Under the pieces are notes generated by a model. It ran no database searches, had not been told where the DNA came from, and was given only the letters and a program-made list of their open reading frames with translations. A stretch of 64,000 bases of DNA from Candidatus Nealsonbacteria bacterium. GTDB taxonomy: Bacteria > Patescibacteriota > Minisyncoccia > Minisyncoccales > RBG-13-42-11. This document shows positions 26,354 through 34,805 of the stretch, one piece after another. Numbering within the stretch: the first letter of the stretch is position 1; every line of letters starts with the position of its first letter. The stretch covers positions 137,316 to 201,315 of the forward strand of contig JAPLXL010000005.1 in NCBI GenBank assembly GCA_026396115.1. Direction: 5' to 3'. A program made the translations under genes and the position numbers.

Positions 26354-29300
26354 TTAATTTTCTTTTATATCTAATATCTCTTCGATTTCCTCGCAGATTA
26401 TCTTTGGTACTCCATCTCTAGAATCCAACCTGCCGGAAACTATAACAATTTTATTTTCTTGAAAAACGGCAGGATTTTTTTCAATTACGCCTGGAAAAAC
26501 AACCACTTCAATTTTACTGTTTAAATCTTCCACATTAACAAAGAGCATTGGTTGGCCATTTCTGGTAATTATTTTCTTAATCTTAGAGATAATCCCACCG
26601 ATTTTAATTTTAATATTTTGTCTAAAGTTGTTATTTACAATTTCTGATATGGAAACAACTTTTTTTGCCAAAATTTTTTCAAAACCATTTAAAGGATGAG
26701 AACTGATAAACAGTCCCAACAATTCTTTTTCCCAGGTTAATCTCTCTTTTTCTGAGGCCGGAGTAGAAGCAGCAAAATGAATTTTATTGTTAAAATCCGT
26801 TTTATCAAACAATCCTCCTTGACCGTTAGTTTTTGTTTTTTGATTTTCTCTGGAATATTCTAAAAGTTTTTCTGAATTGGACAACAATTGATTTCTTTCT
26901 GCCATTTTATCAAAAACACCGGCTTTAATTAAACTTTCCAGGGATTTTTTATTAAGGTCTCTGGAATTAATTCTGGAAATAAAATTTTCAATTGAGGCAT
27001 ACGGCCCCTTTACCTTTTTTTCTTTAACTATTACTTCCACGATATTAGACCCAACATTTTTAATTGCTGACAAGCCAAAGCGAATTTGATTCTTTTTGGG
27101 AACTACGCTGAAAAAAGTAAAACTTTCGTTTATATCGGGCGGCAGAACGACAATACCCATTTTTTTGCATTCTTCGATCAAAACGGCAATTCTTTCCACA
27201 TCATTTCTCTCTGAAGTCAAGAGAGATGACATAAATTCTACCGGATAATGGGCTTTCAAGTAGGCTGTTTGATAAGCAATGGTGGCATAGGCACAACTAT
27301 GGCTTCGGTTAAAACCGTATTGGGCAAAAGGTAATACCCATTCCCAAATCTTTTGGGCCGTTTCTTTTTTAATACCATTTTTAATCATTCCGTTAATTAA
27401 TTTTTCTTTTTGTTCCAATAGTAAAGATTTTATTTTTTTGCCAATAGCTTTCCTTAAAACATCGGCTTCCGAAAGAGTAAATCCAGCCAATTCCTGGGCA
27501 ATTTTCATTACCTGCTCCTGGTAAATACAGATTCCGTAAGTATTTTCTAAAATTGGCTTTAGTTTTGGATGAAGATATTCAACTCTTTGCTTTTTGTGCT
27601 TTCTGGCAATGTAATCTGGAATTAATTGGATGGGACCGGGTCGGTAAAGAGCAACCATGGCAATAATGTCTTCAAATTCGGTTGGCCTTAATTGTTTTAA
27701 ATATCGCTGAACCCCTGCTGACTCCAATTGAAATACTCCTACCGTTTCCCCTTTTTGTAAAAGCTTATAAATCTTTTTATCGCCAGAAGGGATATCTTCA
27801 ATATTAATATTAATTCCGTGAATGACGTAAATTCGAGCCAACGTGTTTTCAATAATGGTTAAATTCTTTAATCCCAAAAAATCCATTTTTAAAAGGCCCA
27901 AGTCCTCAATTGAATGCATTTCATACTGGGTGACAATAGATTGGTCGTCTTGGGTTGGATGTTGGAGAGGAACAATCTCGTCCAAAGGAGTATTTGATAT
28001 GACAACACCGCAAGCATGAGTAGAGGCATGTCGGGCAACCCCTTCTAATTTTTTTGCCGCATCAATTAATTTTCTAGCTTGTTGATCGGACTCGTATAAA
28101 GAGCGAAATTCTGCCACTCTTTTCATGGTCTCATCCAGGGTCATGCCAAAAGGAATCATTTTAGCAAGCTGGTCGCAGTAAGAATATTTATAGTTCATGA
28201 CTCTCCCTACATCTCTGATTACGGCTCTGGCAGTCATGGTGCCGAAAGTAATAATTTGAGCTACCTTGTCTTTGCCGTATTTTTGGACAACATAATTTAT
28301 TACTTCATTTCTTCTTCTGTCGGCGAAATCCAAATCAATATCGGGGAGTCCGGCAACCCGACCGGGATTCAAAAATCTTTCAAATAAAAGATTATATTTT
28401 ATCGGGTCAATATTGGTTATATTCAAAACATAAGCTACCAAAGAACCTCCCACAGAACCGCGGCCGGGACCAGTGACAATTCGGTTTTCTTTTGCCCAGT
28501 TGACAAAATCCTGGACAATTAAAAAATAAGAGGCAAATCCGGTCTGTTTAATTACGGAGAGTTCGTAATTCAATCTTTCAACAACTTCTTTGTTTGGTTT
28601 TTCTCCAAATTTTTCTTTTAAACCCTTTTGACAAAGTTTTTCTAAATATTCTTCCGGTTCCTCTCCGCTTGGCACTGCAAATTGGGGAAGCTTAATCTTG
28701 CCTAATTCAAACTGGAAATTGCAAAGATCGGCGATTTTTTGGGTATTCTCAATTGCTTCTGGTAAGTCTTTAAAATCTTCAATCATTTTTTCCTTACTCT
28801 TCATTGAAAAGTCGTCGATTTTTAAAGTTAATCTTTCCGGATCATTGGGGGCAGATCCCGTATTAATCAGCATTAAAATATCTTGAGCTTCAGCGTCCTC
28901 AGATTTTAAATAATGAACATCATTGGTAGCGACCAAAGGAATTCCCAATTTTTTTGAAAACGAGACTAAAACATCGTTTACTTTTTTTTGTTCTTTGATA
29001 TTAGGATGGTGTTGTAGTTCTAAATAAAAATTATCTTTGCCAAAAATTTCTTGATATTTTAAAGCTAATTCTTCCGCCTCTTTGATTTTTTTTGCTAAAA
29101 TAAATTGGGGAATTTTTCCCTGAACACAAGCAGTCAGGGCGATTAGTCCTCGACTGTGTTGTTTTAGCAGTTCTTCGTCAATCCTCGGTCTATAATAAAA
29201 ACCCTCCAGATGGGCCCTTGTTATAAGTTTGACTAAATTTCTGTATCCCTCTTCGTTTTTAACGAGCAAAATCAGATGGTATCTTTTGTCGTCAATATTA

Positions 29301-29536
29301 GGTCTTTTATCAGACATTTTTTCAAGAGCCACATATACCTCGCAGCCGATAATCGGTTTTATTCCTTTTTCTACTGCTCTTTTATAAAACTTCACAGCCC
29401 CATAAATATTTCCGTGGTCGGTAATGGCTAAAGAATCCATGCCTAATTCCTTTACGTAATCTAAAAGTTCATCTATTTTTGGCAGACCGTCCAATAAGGA
29501 GTAGTGGGAGTGGACGTGAAGATGGGTAAATTTCAT
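26354..29536 (-). CDS. dnaE: DNA polymerase III alpha subunit
   Basis: PHP HLHVHSHYSLLDG, TDHG, GRGS, FERFLNP, PDIDLDF, KMDFLGL, C-terminal OB fold. Confidence 0.97.
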   Translation of the reverse strand: MKFTHLHVHSHYSLLDGLPKIDELLDYVKELGMDSLAITDHGNIYGAVKFYKRAVEKGIKPIIGCEVYVALEKMSDKRPNIDDKRYHLILLVKNEEGYRNLVKLITRAHLEGFYYRPRIDEELLKQHSRGLIALTACVQGKIPQFILAKKIKEAEELALKYQEIFGKDNFYLELQHHPNIKEQKKVNDVLVSFSKKLGIPLVATNDVHYLKSEDAEAQDILMLINTGSAPNDPERLTLKIDDFSMKSKEKMIEDFKDLPEAIENTQKIADLCNFQFELGKIKLPQFAVPSGEEPEEYLEKLCQKGLKEKFGEKPNKEVVERLNYELSVIKQTGFASYFLIVQDFVNWAKENRIVTGPGRGSVGGSLVAYVLNITNIDPIKYNLLFERFLNPGRVAGLPDIDLDFADRRRNEVINYVVQKYGKDKVAQIITFGTMTARAVIRDVGRVMNYKYSYCDQLAKMIPFGMTLDETMKRVAEFRSLYESDQQARKLIDAAKKLEGVARHASTHACGVVISNTPLDEIVPLQHPTQDDQSIVTQYEMHSIEDLGLLKMDFLGLKNLTIIENTLARIYVIHGININIEDIPSGDKKIYKLLQKGETVGVFQLESAGVQRYLKQLRPTEFEDIIAMVALYRPGPIQLIPDYIARKHKKQRVEYLHPKLKPILENTYGICIYQEQVMKIAQELAGFTLSEADVLRKAIGKKIKSLLLEQKEKLINGMIKNGIKKETAQKIWEWVLPFAQYGFNRSHSCAYATIAYQTAYLKAHYPVEFMSSLLTSERNDVERIAVLIEECKKMGIVVLPPDINESFTFFSVVPKKNQIRFGLSAIKNVGSNIVEVIVKEKKVKGPYASIENFISRINSRDLNKKSLESLIKAGVFDKMAERNQLLSNSEKLLEYSRENQKTKTNGQGGLFDKTDFNNKIHFAASTPASEKERLTWEKELLGLFISSHPLNGFEKILAKKVVSISEIVNNNFRQNIKIKIGGIISKIKKIITRNGQPMLFVNVEDLNSKIEVVVFPGVIEKNPAVFQENKIVIVSGRLDSRDGVPKIICEEIEEILDIKEN

Positions 29537-29558
29537 GGTATTGTATAAGTATATTACG

Positions 29559-30209
29559 ATGCAAAAAATTTTACAAGAAGAGAGAAAATTGTGGAAAAAA
29601 GGATTTAAAAGAGTAGTTTGTTTGGATGAAAGTGGGAGGGGACCTTTGGCGGGACCGGTTCTTGCCGCCGCCGTGAAATCGGATTTCTCGTTATTAAAAA
29701 ATTTTAGTAAATTCGATTTCGTTCATATCAAAGATTCAAAAAAATTAACGCCAAAAAAGCGAAAAGAATTTTACAAGATTTTAACGAAACATCCGAACAT
29801 AGAGTGGGGGATAGGCAGGGTTTCAGAAAAAGTAATTGATAAAATTAATATAAAAAATGCTGCTGAATTGGCGATGGAGAAAGCTTTAAGAAATCTGGAA
29901 AAGAAAATCAAAAAGAGAGCGGATTTTTTAATAATTGATGGTAATCAATTAAAAAACTATAAACTAAAAACTAAGAAATATAAACTGATAGTAAAAGCTG
30001 ATGAAAAAGTTTTTTCCTGCATGGCATCCGGAATCATTGCCAAAGTTACCCGTGACAGGATAATGCAGAACTACCATAAAAAATATCCTTGTTATGGTTT
30101 TAACCAACACAAAGGTTATCCAACTAAATATCATATTAAAATGCTTAAAAAACATGGCCCTTCAAAAATTCACAGAAAAACTTTTGGTCCATTGAAAAGA
30201 TTTTTTTAA
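29559..30209 (+). CDS. rnhB: Ribonuclease HII (start re-assigned to ATG 29559)
   Basis: DESGRGPLAGPV, KDSKKL, IDG, IIAKVTRD, HKGYPT..H, IHRKTF. Confidence 0.93.
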   Translation: MQKILQEERKLWKKGFKRVVCLDESGRGPLAGPVLAAAVKSDFSLLKNFSKFDFVHIKDSKKLTPKKRKEFYKILTKHPNIEWGIGRVSEKVIDKINIKNAAELAMEKALRNLEKKIKKRADFLIIDGNQLKNYKLKTKKYKLIVKADEKVFSCMASGIIAKVTRDRIMQNYHKKYPCYGFNQHKGYPTKYHIKMLKKHGPSKIHRKTFGPLKRFF

Positions 30210-30238
30210 TATGCTATTATTTTTCTATTACCACATTT

Positions 30239-30529
30239 ATGGGTGTTCCAAAACAAAAACATACTAAGTCAAGAAGAAATAAGCGCCGGATGCATATTTT
30301 CGCTAAAGCGCCGGCTTTGAATAAATGTCCAAAATGCGGAAGACCGGTTTTGTCCCACACGGTCTGTTCTAATTGCGGATATTATAAAGGAATGGAAGTG
30401 ATTGATGTTTTAAAAAAATTGACTAAAAAAGAGAAAAAACAAAGAGAGAAAGAAATTGCAGCAAAAGAAAAAGAAGAAAAGGGGGCAGAGAAAAAACCGT
30501 TAAGCTGGCAAGGACTGTCTAAAAAATAA
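30239..30529 (+). CDS. rpmF: 50S ribosomal protein L32 with charged C-terminal extension
   Basis: MGVPKQKHTKSRRNKRR, CPKC...HTVCSNCGYY. Confidence 0.93.
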   Translation: MGVPKQKHTKSRRNKRRMHIFAKAPALNKCPKCGRPVLSHTVCSNCGYYKGMEVIDVLKKLTKKEKKQREKEIAAKEKEEKGAEKKPLSWQGLSKK

Positions 30530-30538
30530 TTCAAAACT

Positions 30539-30970
30539 ATGGCTAGTCGTCATCTATTAAGGTCCATTGCCATGCAGTCTCTTTATGAGTGGGATTTTTC
30601 AGGCAAAAAAGGGGACTTAGAAAAAATTATTAAAAAAAACACTGAAGAATTCGGGCCGGAATTAGAAGATACGAGTTTGGTCTGGCAGATAATTACCGGC
30701 GTCGTAAAACACCTGTTTAGCATTGATAAGATTATTGAAAAAGCAGCTCCCGAATGGCCGATTGACCAGATTACTATTGTTGATAGAAACATTTTAAGAA
30801 TCGGCCTTTATGAATTATTGTATGCAGATAAAGCCGAGGTCCCTCCGAAAGTGGCCATAAACGAAGCCATTGAATTGGCCAAATCATTTGGAGGAGAAAG
30901 TTCGGGAAAGTTTGTTAATGGTGTCTTGGGAACAGTCTATAAAGAATTAGAAAAAAATAAAACAAAATGA
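30539..30970 (+). CDS. nusB: Transcription antitermination factor NusB
   Basis: [37 protein letters not shown]. Confidence 0.95.
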   Translation: MASRHLLRSIAMQSLYEWDFSGKKGDLEKIIKKNTEEFGPELEDTSLVWQIITGVVKHLFSIDKIIEKAAPEWPIDQITIVDRNILRIGLYELLYADKAEVPPKVAINEAIELAKSFGGESSGKFVNGVLGTVYKELEKNKTK

Positions 30971-31656
30971 TTGATTTTTCAGAACTTGAAAAGAAGTTAG
31001 GATTAAAATTTAAAAAAAAGGATTTGTTGGTCCAGGCATTTTGCCACCGTTCTTATTTGAACGAAAATCCAAATTCTAATTTAGAACAAAATGAAAGATT
31101 GGAATTCCTGGGCGATGCGGTTTTGGAGCTGATTGTTACGGAATATCTTTTTGAAAAATATCCAAAGAAACCGGAAGGGGAATTGACCAACTGGCGAGCC
31201 GCCTTGGTTAATGCTAAAATGCTTTTAGAAACTGCCAATGAATTAGGACTTAACGATTATTTGCTTCTTTCAAAAGGAGAAAAAAAAGAAACCGGCAAGG
31301 CAAGGCAATATATTTTAGCCGATACTTTTGAGGCTTTAATAGGTGCTGCTTATCTTGATTTGGGATACAAAAAATGTCGAGATTTCATTAAAAAGAATTT
31401 AATTATAAAATTACCGGAAATTATTGAAAAAGGTCTTTTTAAAGATACCAAATCCCGCTTTCAGGAAGAAGCCCAGGAAAGAAGTGGCGTTACTCCTACC
31501 TACAAAGTTATGAAAGAATGGGGCCCGGATCACTTCAAGCACTTTATTGTCGGAGTTTTTCTTAACAAAGAATTAGTGGCTGAGGGCGAAGGGTCTTCAA
31601 AACAGGAAGCTGAAGTTGAAGCATCTAAAAACGCTTTGGAAATTAAGGGGTGGTAA
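30967..31656 (+). CDS. rnc: Ribonuclease III
   Basis: [22 protein letters not shown]-terminal dsRBD. Confidence 0.97.
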   Translation: MIDFSELEKKLGLKFKKKDLLVQAFCHRSYLNENPNSNLEQNERLEFLGDAVLELIVTEYLFEKYPKKPEGELTNWRAALVNAKMLLETANELGLNDYLLLSKGEKKETGKARQYILADTFEALIGAAYLDLGYKKCRDFIKKNLIIKLPEIIEKGLFKDTKSRFQEEAQERSGVTPTYKVMKEWGPDHFKHFIVGVFLNKELVAEGEGSSKQEAEVEASKNALEIKGW

Positions 31657-31662
31657 AATTAT

Positions 31663-32076
31663 ATGTTAGTAATCAGATTTTTAAGAACCGGCAAAAAAAA
31701 TCAACCATCATTTAAGCTCGTGGTTGTTGAAAAAACCAGATCGTCAACTTCCGGCCGCTTTGTGGAACAGGTTGGCTTTTATAATCCTTTGACAAAAGAA
31801 AAAGTTTTCAAGGGAGATAGAATTAAATATTGGCTTTCGGTCGGGGCTCAACCTTCAAATACGGTTTATAATTTATTGGTTTCAGAGAAAATTGTCTTGG
31901 GCAAAAAAATTCCAAAACACAAAAAATCAAAAAAGGAAGTCCCCGGAGGAGAACAAGTTCCCCACGAGGCAAACAATTCTCCTACGGGGCAGGCAAAAAA
32001 GGAAAAAGAGAAAACTACCCCGAAAATCCCAATCCAAGAAAAGCCGAAAGAAGAAAAGGTCAAAAATCCAGAATAA
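31663..32076 (+). CDS. rpsP: 30S ribosomal protein S16 with C-terminal extension
   Basis: MLVIRFLRTGKK, GRFVEQVGFYNP, YWLSVGAQPSNTV. Confidence 0.95.
   Translation: MLVIRFLRTGKKNQPSFKLVVVEKTRSSTSGRFVEQVGFYNPLTKEKVFKGDRIKYWLSVGAQPSNTVYNLLVSEKIVLGKKIPKHKKSKKEVPGGEQVPHEANNSPTGQAKKEKEKTTPKIPIQEKPKEEKVKNPE
31941..31993. repeat. GC-rich palindrome inside the rpsP extension (second element type)
   Basis: CCCCGGAGGAGAA ... TTCTCCTACGGGG inverted repeat (12/13) in otherwise A-rich sequence. Confidence 0.55.
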
Positions 32077-32108
32077 AATAATGGCAGCAGACTGCCATTA
32101 TTTTATTA
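32072..32108 (+). terminator. Hairpin/terminator after rpsP
   Basis: AATAAAATAATGGCAG-CAGA-CTGCCATTATTTTATT perfect inverted repeat. Confidence 0.65.
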
Positions 32109-32222
32109 TCTTTAGTTGAGTTTATCGAACTGTTGACTACTATTTCGATTCATTTCTTGTTATAATATTATAACAAACCAAAGGTTTGGCATATCAAAAT
32201 TTATTTTGCTATAATACATATA

Positions 32223-34805
32223 ATGCAAAAGAAACTCACAAAATTTATTGTTATCTTTTGTTTATTTTTGCTTTTTCTGTTTCTCTCTTTAACTACCCAA
32301 GTCGCAGTGCAGGGTGAAGAAGAGAATTTATTCTCTTCGCCCGCTTTGGCTCAAGAAAGTAAATTAGAGGTTGAATATCCGGAAATCAAAGGAATAAAAC
32401 CGGAAACGGTGACAACCGAACTGCCGGAATATGTAAGATATGTCTTTAATTTTAGCATAATAATTGCGGGTTTAGTTCTTTTTGGAGCTTTAATTTACGG
32501 AGGAGTAAAATATTTAACCTCAACCGGCAACCTGCCTGCTCTGATAGACGCCAGAGAGCAAATTTTGGCAGCTTTTTTGGGAATAATAATTTTACTTTCT
32601 TCTTATATAATTTTAACCACTATTAATCCCCAGTTAATAGTTTTTAATCTTCCCGAACTTGAAAAAGCAGAAATATTATGTAGAAATGATGATGACTGCC
32701 TCGGAGATCTTATATGTATAGAAGAAAAATGTGTTGAAGCACCCTGCGAGAAAGACGAAGATTGTCCGGGTTTTCCGGACTATGTTTGCAAATTACCAGA
32801 GGGAGTCTGCGTTTATGAAGGAAAGACTTTGATTGTTTATGAAATTCCTTTAGGCCGAATAATTGACGAAGGAGTCTGGGAGGAAGATAGGACTAAAGAA
32901 ACGGAAGATTTAATTAAAGATTTTGAAAAATTTCTTAAAGAGGAAATAAAAGTAAATCCAACTTTTAATCAGATTGCTGATTTGAATAAATATTTAAAGA
33001 CCTTGACAGAGGAATGCCAATGCGGTAATTTGGATGCTTTTTGTACCAAACCCTGGGAATGGAGTATGTCGATTGGTTGCAGCGGAGATCCTTGTAAAGA
33101 AAAACTAGAGGGGACAATCGGAGGCATTGTAGTCGGTGAAAAAACCACCAGAGAAAAAATGGAAGATGTTTTGAAAATCAATGAAGAAAAGATGAAAAAA
33201 CTTTTGGAGTTTTTAGAGAAAATCAAAGAAAAGAAAACGGTCTTCGAAAATCAACTGAATAAATTCTCCAAAGGGTTGGAAGATGCAATGGATTGTCTAA
33301 AACAAAGTAGGGAGTTATACACTTTCAAGGAGCATTTAGCTAGGGTTCAATATTATGAAGATCTTGGCTGGAACGTAAAGATCGTACAGGGTATTTTAGA
33401 AGCAAAAGCGGACCCCTTTACTTTTTACTGTTCGGTTGGAGGACCAATAATGGATTATCCCTATTTGTCGGAAATAGAATTTTCTCCGGAAGAATTCGAA
33501 TCTGTCGAAATTCCGGAGAAACTAGAAAAGCCGGAACCAATAAGCTGTCCGATTGGGATTCCAATAAGTGTAATTTTAGAACAAAGTGGCGGATTAGGAG
33601 TGGCACTGATTAACAAAATGGATGGATTAATTTATTGGATAGACGAGATGAATAAAGAAATCAGAAATATGGCTGATTTCGTTTCTCAATGCAACGAGCA
33701 AAATTGCAAAATTAATTGCGCCTGTATCCCGAATCCTTGCTTTGGTAGTCTATTACCCTGGTGTTTGTTTTTTTCTCCTGCATCTCGCTGTCTTCAGGCA
33801 ATTGGTCAATGCAGCGGTGATCCCTGTCCTTACCCGGAAATTGGAGAAACCTCAGAAAAAATTAAAAAAAATGAAGATGAGATTTTTTTACTTTTAGAAG
33901 AAATAAAAGAAATCTTCCCCAAAGTCAATGAAATTGTGAAAGTAGGCACGGAAGATGCTCTAGACCTGAAAGACATAACCTGGGCAGTTGAATTCTGTTC
34001 CGGTCCTGTGACTGAAACAGAACCACCGACCTGGTTTATGTCAGATTGTTCAATGGCTCTGGGAAGTTATGGGCCGGGCGGTCAAGTAATCGGCGATTGT
34101 CATCCCTGGGATTTCTTTTGTTGTACTCAGTCAAAAGAAGCTTTGAGGGAGGTACCTTCTTTGCCTCCGACGCTTCGAAAACTGGGACCTCGTGTTGGCC
34201 CGGAAGGTCCGGAAGAACCCACGCCTTCAGAATTAGCTAAAAGTTCAATTCCGGCAATGTCTTCGCCGCCTCTCAAGACAGGCGAAGTTAGCTGTCTAAA
34301 ACAGAGCGATCCTCGTTGGGGAAACAAATTATTTGGTCCTTGCCCGCCAGGCGGTACTTATACTGACGCAGGTTGCGGACCTTCTTCTTTAGCAATGGCA
34401 ATTAGTTATTTTCAAAACAAAGAAATTCTTGTTGATACAATCGGGGAAAAAATTGTTGAAAAAGGTTTAAGAAATTGCGACAGCGGCTCAAGCCCTAGCA
34501 TAATGACAGTTATTCCGTCACTATATGGATTATCTTCATATGAAATTAAACCGTTTGCCTTTGAAAACTGGAAAGAAGAAGTAAAGAAATGCTTTGATGA
34601 AGGAGGGTTAATTACTGCTCTAATGGCTGGCCCCAGTAAGTTTACTGCAGGCAGCGGACATTTTATAGCGCTAACTGACATAACCGATGATTATGCTTAT
34701 ATTACGGTAAATGATTCATCCAAAAGAATCTGCCCCAGACAGGAGTTATTAAAAGATGTTTTTAAGTTCAAAAAACAACCGGGTATTTGGTGTATAAAAA
34801 AATGA
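32223..34805 (+). CDS. Large surface protein: TrbC/VirB2-like pilin domain, Cys-rich coiled region, C-terminal C39-like peptidase
   Basis: Signal peptide; IYGG..YLTS.G...A...I..A.LG...SYIIL.TINPQL hairpin; KQSDPRWG..GCGPSSLAM..GHFI..NDS. Confidence 0.75.
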   Translation: MQKKLTKFIVIFCLFLLFLFLSLTTQVAVQGEEENLFSSPALAQESKLEVEYPEIKGIKPETVTTELPEYVRYVFNFSIIIAGLVLFGALIYGGVKYLTSTGNLPALIDAREQILAAFLGIIILLSSYIILTTINPQLIVFNLPELEKAEILCRNDDDCLGDLICIEEKCVEAPCEKDEDCPGFPDYVCKLPEGVCVYEGKTLIVYEIPLGRIIDEGVWEEDRTKETEDLIKDFEKFLKEEIKVNPTFNQIADLNKYLKTLTEECQCGNLDAFCTKPWEWSMSIGCSGDPCKEKLEGTIGGIVVGEKTTREKMEDVLKINEEKMKKLLEFLEKIKEKKTVFENQLNKFSKGLEDAMDCLKQSRELYTFKEHLARVQYYEDLGWNVKIVQGILEAKADPFTFYCSVGGPIMDYPYLSEIEFSPEEFESVEIPEKLEKPEPISCPIGIPISVILEQSGGLGVALINKMDGLIYWIDEMNKEIRNMADFVSQCNEQNCKINCACIPNPCFGSLLPWCLFFSPASRCLQAIGQCSGDPCPYPEIGETSEKIKKNEDEIFLLLEEIKEIFPKVNEIVKVGTEDALDLKDITWAVEFCSGPVTETEPPTWFMSDCSMALGSYGPGGQVIGDCHPWDFFCCTQSKEALREVPSLPPTLRKLGPRVGPEGPEEPTPSELAKSSIPAMSSPPLKTGEVSCLKQSDPRWGNKLFGPCPPGGTYTDAGCGPSSLAMAISYFQNKEILVDTIGEKIVEKGLRNCDSGSSPSIMTVIPSLYGLSSYEIKPFAFENWKEEVKKCFDEGGLITALMAGPSKFTAGSGHFIALTDITDDYAYITVNDSSKRICPRQELLKDVFKFKKQPGIWCIKK
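32294..32342 (+). mobile_element. Element copy, in frame in the signal-peptide region (TQVAVQGEEENLFSSP)
   Basis: TACCCAAGTCGCAGTGCAGGGTGAAGAAGAGAATTTATTCTCTTCGCCC. Confidence 0.8.
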
